Assembly: GCA_022813965.1 (NCBI GenBank)
Contig: JALDZS010000129.1
Span: forward strand, 52,432 to 72,431
Length of the DNA: 20,000 bases
Direction: 5' to 3'
Origin: Toensbergia leucococca
Taxonomy: Eukaryota
The notes beneath the pieces are model-generated. The model saw only the letters and a program-made list of their open reading frames with translations. It had not been told where the DNA came from and made no database searches. Made by a program: the position numbers and the translations under genes. The first letter of the stretch is position 1; each line of letters starts with the position of its first letter. Shown here in pieces: positions 9,640-17,910 of this stretch.

Positions 9640-12056
9640 ATGGAGGCCGCTTCGGCGCGGTACGCAGCAAGAGACCGCTTTGGGGCATTCGCAGAACCGG
9701 CGCAAACTCCGTTGCAAAGATACATACGTGAGCCTAGGATAATTAGGAATCATCAACTTGGATAGTAGTTGACTTGCCATGCCAGAGAACTCCGTGGACC
9801 CTCAAAACTTCGAGCCTAATCTTGCTCTGAATCTTGAAATATCAGACCTCATCAACGCAAAGAAGGGCAATGCGTTAGGAGTCCCACGTATTCCGTCTTC
9901 CAGTTGACTGACATCTCATAGACCTCGGGAGGCTGCAGTAGCTATTGTCAATTATATCAATCATCGGAATCCTAATGTGTCCTTACTGGCACTCGCGGTA
10001 GGAAATGTGTGAACTCGGCTTTATCGGCCCACTGCAGGCTCACAAAGTCTTTAGCTCCTCGACATTTGTGTCAAGAATTGCGGATACCCTTTCCAATTAC
10101 AAATCAGCACCAAGGAATTTCTAAATGAACTCGTTCGACGCTTTCCAGAACGACCACCAATACGGCCTTCGCGGGTACAGCTCAAGATCCTAGAAGCAAT
10201 CGAGGAATGGAGGCAGACAATATGTCAAACTTCGCGATTCAAAGAGGACTTGGGGTTCATTCGGGATATGCATCGATTATTGAGTTACAAGGGCTACACT
10301 TTCCCCGAGGTTCGGAGGGAAGATGCGGCAGTATTGAATCCGAGCGACGTGCGTCTCGGCCACTAAGATATCATAGGTAATGGCTGATGATTTTCAGAAT
10401 CTTCAATCGGCGGACGAGATGGAAGAAGAAGAGAAGGCCGCACAGTCAGCTAAATTGCAAGAGCTTATTCGCCGAGGGACCCCAGAAGATCTGCAGGAGG
10501 CAAATCGATTGATGAAGGTTATGGCAGGATTTGATACGAAACATAAGACCGACTATAGGGCAAAGGCAGCTGAAGAGGTCGGGAAAATCCAACAGAAGGC
10601 CAAGCTGTTGGAGGAAAGACTACAGAACTTCAAACCAGGAGATGTAATCACAGAGGGTGATGTTTTTGAGGTCAGTAATTTAACGAAAACCATCCGCATG
10701 AATTTTCATTAATCCCTACCAGGATCTCGCCAATGCACTACAAAGTGCTCAGCCCAAAATCCAGAAGATGTGCGAAGAAGAGTCCGATGATTCAGAGGCC
10801 GTTGCGAAACTACTTGAAATTAACGACAGCATACATCGCACTATCGAAAGATATAAACTCGTCAAGAAAGGCGATTTAGACGCAGCCTCCAAAATCCCAA
10901 AAGGCACGTTAGGGACGTCCACTGGTGTGAGCAAGACAGCAGATAATGAGCTTTCACTCATCGACTTTGGGGGAGACCTTGAACCAAGTGCGGATGGAAG
11001 TAGTAGTGCAGAAGTGGCTGGACAACAGAAGGCTGAGTCTTTGGAGGACGATCTCTTGGGATTGTCTTTCCAAGACGAGAATTATGGGCAAGGTGGGGGT
11101 ATAGCGCTTGGGTTTGGTGCTCACACAAGTAAGTCCCTCATTTCGTGAGGACAAGAGATGAGAGCTAATGATGATATCCAGATATACCAGGATCGTCACT
11201 AAAATCCTCTACCATGAAGGAGAACTCTGCCAAACCCCCGGCACTAGCAACGCCACCTCAAGCGCAGCAAGCCGCTGTTGCTGGTAAGCCCAACTATGAC
11301 CCTTTCGCGTCCATCATCAGCTCTCACCCGTCTTCGCGCACTCCAACTCCAGCACCAAGTCTGGTCCAGCAAAGACAGGCCGCTCGGCAACCACAATCCT
11401 CTCAAGACCCTTTCGCTGCTATATCTGCAACTCCTCCACGCGAATCCTCGCCTTTTACGCCTCCACAGCAATCTCAGCCTATCTCATCGCCTTCAGCCTC
11501 CCTTTTCGACTTGACTTCGCTCAGCCACCAACCCACACATGCTCCTTCGAATCTCCATCAGCAAAATAATGGTGGGTCTGCTGATGATGACTGGAATTTC
11601 AGCTCAGCGTTACCTGAAGAGAGACTCAATTTGCCAGGATCTAGAGACCTGCAAGTGTCAAATACATCGGTTGGCATTCAATTCAAGGTGTCTAGGCCCA
11701 GTGTCAGTGACTCTGTTGTTAGTGTTCTGGCTCATTTCTCCAACAACACCAGTAGCCCAATCACTGAATATGCTTTCCAAGTAGCTGTCACGAAGGTACG
11801 GTATTTTGTATACATGATTTCTTATGCTGAATTTGAGACTGACGCTGCAAATTAGGGCTACACACTCCACCTTACACCTCAATCCGGTCGAACGCTCCAG
11901 TCCCATGAGAAAGAAGGTATCACACAGCCCATTGAAATAAATGGCGTACCAAAAGGCCAAGCAAACTTGGTCAAGATGCGGTGGAAGGCATCGTACAAAG
12001 TTGCTGGGGATCTACGACAGGAGCAAGGAGAGGTTCCGGCGTTAGGTATTGCTTGA
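9640..12056 (+). CDS. GGA2: GGA-family clathrin adaptor (VHS-GAT-hinge-GAE), 679 aa; exons 9640-9727, 9786-9873, 9922-9997, 10055-10348, 10398-10670, 10723-11128, 11182-11795, 11856-12056
   Basis: Seven GT-AG introns give a continuous 2040-nt frame. VHS domain: EPNLALNLEISDLINAKK, LLDICVKNCGYPFQLQISTKEFLNELVRRFPERPP. GAT domain: AKLQELIRRGTPEDLQEANRLMKVMAG. Clathrin-box-like LIDF. GAE domain: FQVAVTKGYTLHLTPQSG, KMRWKASY. Confidence 0.96.
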
Positions 12057-12303
12057 GAGACACAGGCGCTTTGTGACTATACCCAAGGTCACTTGCAGAA
12101 ATTCGAGGCCTGATGTTTCTGCTATCTTGTATTTAGAAGAGGGTCGATTAGTTGTTTCCCGTTCATCCCTGGATTTTTGGGGTCAGTTGAGACCCTCTAA
12201 GTACCTTTTGAAGGATGTTAGCGTTTGCGGAGCCAGATTATACATCGAGGAGCAGGGGGTGTGGGCATGACTCGGGTATTGGCCATAGCGACATCATCTT
12301 CGA

Positions 12304-12350
12304 AGCCGAAGCTCTAATACATGCAGAGAGCCGAAGCTCTAATACATGCA
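12304..12350 (+). repeat. Perfect 22-bp direct repeat AGCCGAAGCTCTAATACATGCA with a 3-bp spacer
   Basis: Identical copies at 12304-12325 and 12329-12350. Confidence 0.95.
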
Positions 12351-12567
12351 TGGATGAGTTATACGCAGATACCGTTGGTATGTAGGTTGCGAAAGGATTG
12401 TAGGTATATAAAGTTGCATCGTTGCTTCCGAAGACACTGGCGACATGGTCCAAACTTCCCTTTCGAGGTTTCATAGGGACTAAGCCAGATTCGGTCTAGA
12501 CCACTTAGTGATAGGGCTGCGTAATATCAATTAAGCTCACCTGAGTCTTCACGCCACTCACGCGCTT

Positions 12568-12576
12568 TACTCCGTA
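12568..12576 (+). promoter_or_regulatory. Candidate cis-element TACTCCGTA, copy 3 (upstream of apsB)
   Basis: Exact match to the copies at 5188 and 9514; overlaps CACGCGCTTT (12559-12568) by one base. Confidence 0.45.
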
Positions 12577-12882
12577 TCCTTGTAACAGAATTACCTGAGC
12601 CTGGGTAACAACTAACCAAGGAGCAATTACACAGCTTTTAGAGTCAAGAAGTTGCGACCTGCGTGAGAAAGCTGAATTATTACACACCGATTCTTCGATC
12701 GGCCCCTCCATTGTTGTCTGTTTCGCCTGGCCTCATCAGCTTCAACTTTCGTCAAAAAGCGCGTGCCCACGCCGCTCGGACAATCATCAACATCTCCGGC
12801 GATATCCTCTCTTCATTCTCCAACACAAAAGCATTGCATTCCCAGGCATCTAACGACGTAGGGCACTATTCATGCGATCGAG

Positions 12883-15800
12883 ATGGACATGGCGTCAACG
12901 CCTTCTCTCAGGCCCCCCATTGCAAGGCAGCATTCTCGAGTGCCCGGCGGATTCGACACAGACAGTGATCTATCTCCTATCAAACCCGACTTTGACCTCG
13001 ATGATATAATTAGCCATATTACACCAACCCATTCTCAGTCATCATTCTCAGAGAATCCGACACCTAAAGGCGATAATAGATTCTTCCCTGCGGCAATTGA
13101 GGATGGGAAAAGTCGATTGGCTAGTGATATTAGTATCATGTCTGTAGATGAGATGGAGATGCGAAGACGCCTTCTGGATCTGGATTCAAGTTTCTTGCCG
13201 GAAACCTCTCCCGCTACTCGTCCTGGTCAAATTGGTACAGATGATACCTTTGTATTCGGTGCGACTCATCATGACGTCGATGTAACGGCCTCCCCAGAGA
13301 CGTACCACGGCTCTGAAAAACAGATGCGCCACGAAGCGAAAGAGCATATCACGTCACCCAGTTCGCCAATAACCCCTCCTGATATGTATCAAACCCCGTA
13401 TCCAAGACACGGCGCAGACCCATCAGATGAGAGACGGTCTGGAGCTAGACCAGATCGTGATTATCAGACAAGGTCTTCCTCTGAGATCATACTATCATCG
13501 CCGACTGCTTCTGCTGCTGCACGGACTGTTTCTCGTGTTGTCTCACAGGCCTCTCTTGGAGGTTATGAGACTGCAGATGAGCAAGGGCAAAGCCAGACCA
13601 TCAATGCTGACGGGAAGACTGGAGATACAGAGCTAACTCCACGGAAACCCTTTAAATTGTCGACTTCATCGTCCCGGGCTGGGTCACCAACACCAACAAG
13701 ACCAACGATATATCAAGATGCCGAAGAAGCAACCAACGGCGACATTGATGACATGGATCTTAATCCTATGCGATCTCGGAAGAGACCAAAATTCCTCAGC
13801 AGTCGACGCGCAAGCCAAAGGTCTTCATACTCTTCATATACTACCACCTCGACAGAAGGTGCTAGTGAGGTGACCATTGGAGCAGATTATGCCCTGCAAT
13901 CAGGAGGTGCTATACCATTCGGCGGCTCTTTGAATGGGAGGCCTACGATGGGGCTCTCCCGATCCACAAGTTTGGGTAGTATGGCGTCTGGTATATCGGG
14001 ACTGAGCGATGGCGAGGAAAAAACGAAAGTTGTTAACGATTGTGGACTAGAAGGAAACTTGCATACACTTGACGAGGAAGATGACGTTGCCGTCAAAGGA
14101 GACATCTTGAATGATGGAAGCAGAGACCGACCGCCGCCTCAGACACCACGAGCTACGAATAGGTCCTTGAATACTCCTACAGATTCTGTTGTCGCACAAC
14201 ATGTCAGGGAAGTCCAGGTTCCTGCTACGATTGCACGAGAATATCGATACAAGAACCGTCCTCCGTCCCCCGAGAAAAGGAATGGACTGACTACCCCTTT
14301 AAATGGCCGCAGTAGTAAAAACCTCACCCTAAAAGAACAAGGCAGTACCATCGATAGACTCCAAAAAGAGAACTGGGACCTGAAACTTAAGATCCATCAC
14401 TTGGATCAAGCTTTGAATAAAAGGTCAGACGAGGGAGTCAAGGCTATGGTTTCTGAGAATGTGGATTTGCGGCTGGCTCAGGTGAAGTTCAAGAAAGAGA
14501 TTCATGAGCTCAAGCGCTCGATAAGAGAGCTTGAGCGAAAACTCAAAGAGCCCGAGAATGATTCTGCGGTCAGTGCTAGGAATAGAGATATCGCCGAAAA
14601 CGCTGCAGCCAATTTTGAAGATATGCAGGACATGGAGACTGAAATGTCTTTTTTGAGAGAGCGAGTGACAACGTATGAGGTAGAAATCGAGAAAATGAGG
14701 CATGAGGGCTCGGCACGAGAAGGTGAGAAGCGGCAACTTGCTGAGTTTGTAAAATCGATTGGCCAGAGACGGAACGCGGAGAACGACATAGGAGCACGCG
14801 AAGAAATGGTAAGTAGGACGGTTCGGATTTCTCGAGCATGACACTGATCTATTGTGCGGCGTAGGACATGTGGAAAGACCTTCTGGAGGCCGAGACAGCG
14901 CGTCGGGAACAAGCGGACGAAGACAACAGGAAACTTCGAGAAGAGATTTTGCGCTTGAGAAGCGACGCATCTTCTACGACAACAAATAACCATGCAACAA
15001 ATGTTTACCACATAACCAAGCGGCATCCTGTGTCTACTACTGGCTCGCAAATCAACGGCTTTGATCATGAATTGGATCGTAGCGGTGCGACAAGCGCCGC
15101 GAGTAGCACACTCGTGGAGCAGCTAAGACATGAGAACGCCGAATTACGCCGCGAGGTGGGAGCCCAGACATCAATGTTGACGTCAAGGAATCGGGAGAAA
15201 GAGCGACTTTACCAAGAGATCGAGGATCTCAAGCTTGGCACCCGTCGTGGTGATGGAACACGCTCCATAGCAGGAGATAGTATCCTCGAGCGCTCGGCAT
15301 CAAGAGCTCATGGGCGTTCTGCTTCTCGCGTTAGTGACACTACTCGGGTCACCCAGCTTACCGACCCTGAGCGCGAAGACTACGAATTCAGGATCGGAGA
15401 GCTTCGAGATCAGAACTCAGAACAAAAACTAAAGAATCAAGAACTCACACGGCAAATTGGTGAATTATTGGATGAGCTCGAGCAGTTTGACATCATGAAG
15501 GTCGATTTCCAGAATCTACGACAGGATTACGAAGAAGAGCTTGATCTAGCTAATGAGGATCTACAAACCATGCAGAGCGAGCGTGATGAGGTACTTAGGC
15601 TCCGAGAAGATATCGAGTTGCAGCTTGAACATTTTAAAGGCGAAGCTCAGACACGAATTGATGAGCTCGAGGAAGAGTTGGATGGAAGAGTCCAAGAGAT
15701 GCAAAGTCTAGAAAACCAAATTTCTAATCGGACAGAAGAGTGTGATGCTTTGCGTAAAGAAGTTCGGTCCATGAGTGAGCGTCTAAACCGCGTCGAGGAT

Positions 15801-17477
15801 GATTCACAGGACAAGATAAAGAGAATCCAGGATTTACTACTGGAGAACGAGGACATGAACCGTGAACTAGAAAACTTAGAGAAAACGCTTTTCGAAGCGA
15901 ACAGTAAGAACGAAAGATTAAATGTCCAGCAAGAGTCAAGTGAGACCAAGATTGCCTTCTTACACGAGGAGCAGGACAGTGACAAGATCAAGATTGGCGA
16001 CCTTGAGAATGCTATTCAGGCCGCTCAAGCCAGCATAGACAGTGAGAAAGAACGTGCCCGGGAGTTAGAGTCGAGGCTGGTCGAAGAGAGGCATCAAAGA
16101 GAGGTCACTGGCAGTAAAGAGAAGCAGGAGGTCCAGAAAATGATCAATGATCTCAACCGCGAGACATCTAGCTCCAAGGATGAATCGAGGAAGCTGAAGA
16201 AAAGCCTTCAATCGCGAGAGGTCGAAGCTGCTACGTGGAAGGAACGACTCTCGGAGCTCGAGAATAGCCTTCGTGAGGTACTAAGTGACTCGAATGGAAC
16301 ACGATCTAGTTTTCTTACGGTTCGTACTTTTATGCAACTAACCTTAGAATCTACTGACCCTCTTCTATAGTCTATTATCAAAATGCAGAAGGAGCTTGAC
16401 AGCACAGCCTCTGAGCTGGGCATTGTTAAAAGTAATCTCGACGACAAGGAACGCCTACTTAGCAACCGAGATGCACTACTCGAAAGCCATGGCCTTGAGT
16501 CCAAAAAGCTCTCTGAGTTGCTTGAAAGAGAGCGTCAAGGTCGTAGGGCCGAACAAGCTCAGCATGAACAATGGCAAAAGACCCACCAACACACAAGTCG
16601 TACAGTCACTCAAAAGGATGTACGTATTACTGAACTCGAGACTGCGAAGCAATCGGATCGAAAGAGGATCACCGTGTTGGAGGGACAATTCAGAGAGCAG
16701 CTTGGCGAGCGTAATAATCTTCTGCTTGCACTTTGGAGCCGTCTGTCTGCTATGTGTGGGTCAGATTGGCAAGCCCATAACAACCTGGTCAACGGCCACC
16801 TGCCCACTATCGAAGTTGTCTCGAGTATGCTGCCGGGCTTCAGTAAGAATCTATTCTTGGCCGTTAAGAGTATCGAGAGTCTCATAGGCAGCTTTAAAGG
16901 ACGCGTTCAAGGCATAGAGCGTAAACTATGGCAAGATTACCAAACCTTAGAAAACAACCTCGAGTCAAAAACCAAGCGACTGGACAGAATAGAGAACACA
17001 GTGCAAAGTAGTCTTGTGTCTGGCTCATTTAGCGCAGCTCCTGAGATCGCCAAGTTACGAGGCGAAAATCGTCTTCTCAAAGCTGACTTGGGCGTGCTAC
17101 AGAAACAGGAAATGCACGCTCGAGCTTCGCGCAGCGACCAGAGAAACTCAGCCAGTGGAAGCCGGAGCAGTATTGATCCTAATACCCGTGCTGCTTTGTC
17201 TGCCACGCTGATGCGGCATCATTCCAGTTCAGCTGTAGAGGCGCTTGAGAGAGGAGGCGGAGATAATTCTGGGGCAGTGATACAGAGCATGCCTATTGAA
17301 CCAAGTCAAACGAGATGGGTCCTGAGATTGAAAGAGTTGGAGACGAGATTGAAGGCAGAGAGGGAGGGGAGGCTGCTAGATAGAAGTGGAGCGAGGAAGA
17401 GGTTGGAGGAGAGGGAAAAGCAAAACAAGCATTTGAAGAATCAGCTGAACCGGGAGATGGATAGGAGAAATGCGTGA
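12883..17477 (+). CDS. apsB: Anucleate primary sterigmata protein B / Mto1-like gamma-tubulin complex receptor, ~1495 aa; exons 12883-14808, 14865-16319, 16371-17477
   Basis: CM1 (centrosomin motif 1) LTLKEQGSTIDRLQKENWDLKLKIHHLDQAL from 14323, a long coiled coil, and the C-terminal Mto1/MASC-type motif RWVLRLKELETRLKAEREGRLLDRSGARKRLEE (~17313 on). Introns 14809-14864 (GTAAGT..CTGAT..TAG) and 16320-16370 (GTTCGT..CTGAC..TAG) keep the frame. Confidence 0.93.
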
Positions 17478-17910
17478 GTTACTGACGAATTGCTATGGCG
17501 CTGTTGGGTGCGGTATTTGTACAATTATGTGTTAGTGACGGTGGGCTGGAACAGGCATTGAAGCCTCCGGTGAGCTTCAGCAGTACGGGTGTTATTCTGA
17601 TACACCTCATGTCATAGCACAAGCAAGACTTGCATTACCATGATGTCTTGAACACGAGGTAATTTGCATTCTTCACGATGCAGACGAGATCTAGGGGTGT
17701 TTCTGCCACCGATGTGTTTCTGATTTCACATTCCAAAGACTGATTATTGGAAAAGACTACTTGCTACTGTCGCGTTTGAAATTTTTGTCGATCACTGCTT
17801 TATCCTCTTTCATCTCAAATCATGCGAAATGTTCGACTTCCCTCGGACTGGTGACTTTTGGCTCTGACCTTGATCAGTACTCCCCGTGTCAAAAGTCGTT
17901 GCTTACGACC

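Noticed and set aside
12311..12325. CTAATACATGCA resembles a conserved small-subunit rRNA word
   Set aside because: The match is only about 12 nt and the flanks are not rRNA-like; treated as chance.
16320..16370. Second branch point/acceptor (CTAAC..TAG at 16347) in apsB intron 2, suggesting a nested intron or alternative 3' site
   Set aside because: It would give a 28-nt intron and a frameshift, and the whole intron is too short to hold two introns.
3092..17477. Stop-codon readthrough to cryptic peroxisomal signals
   Set aside because: None of the six stops has the leaky TGA-CTA context, and TSR3 has a double stop.
17640..17723. Possible C/D box snoRNA (ATGATGT ... CTGA)
   Set aside because: Imperfect C box, no terminal stem and no rRNA-complementary guide I can recognise.
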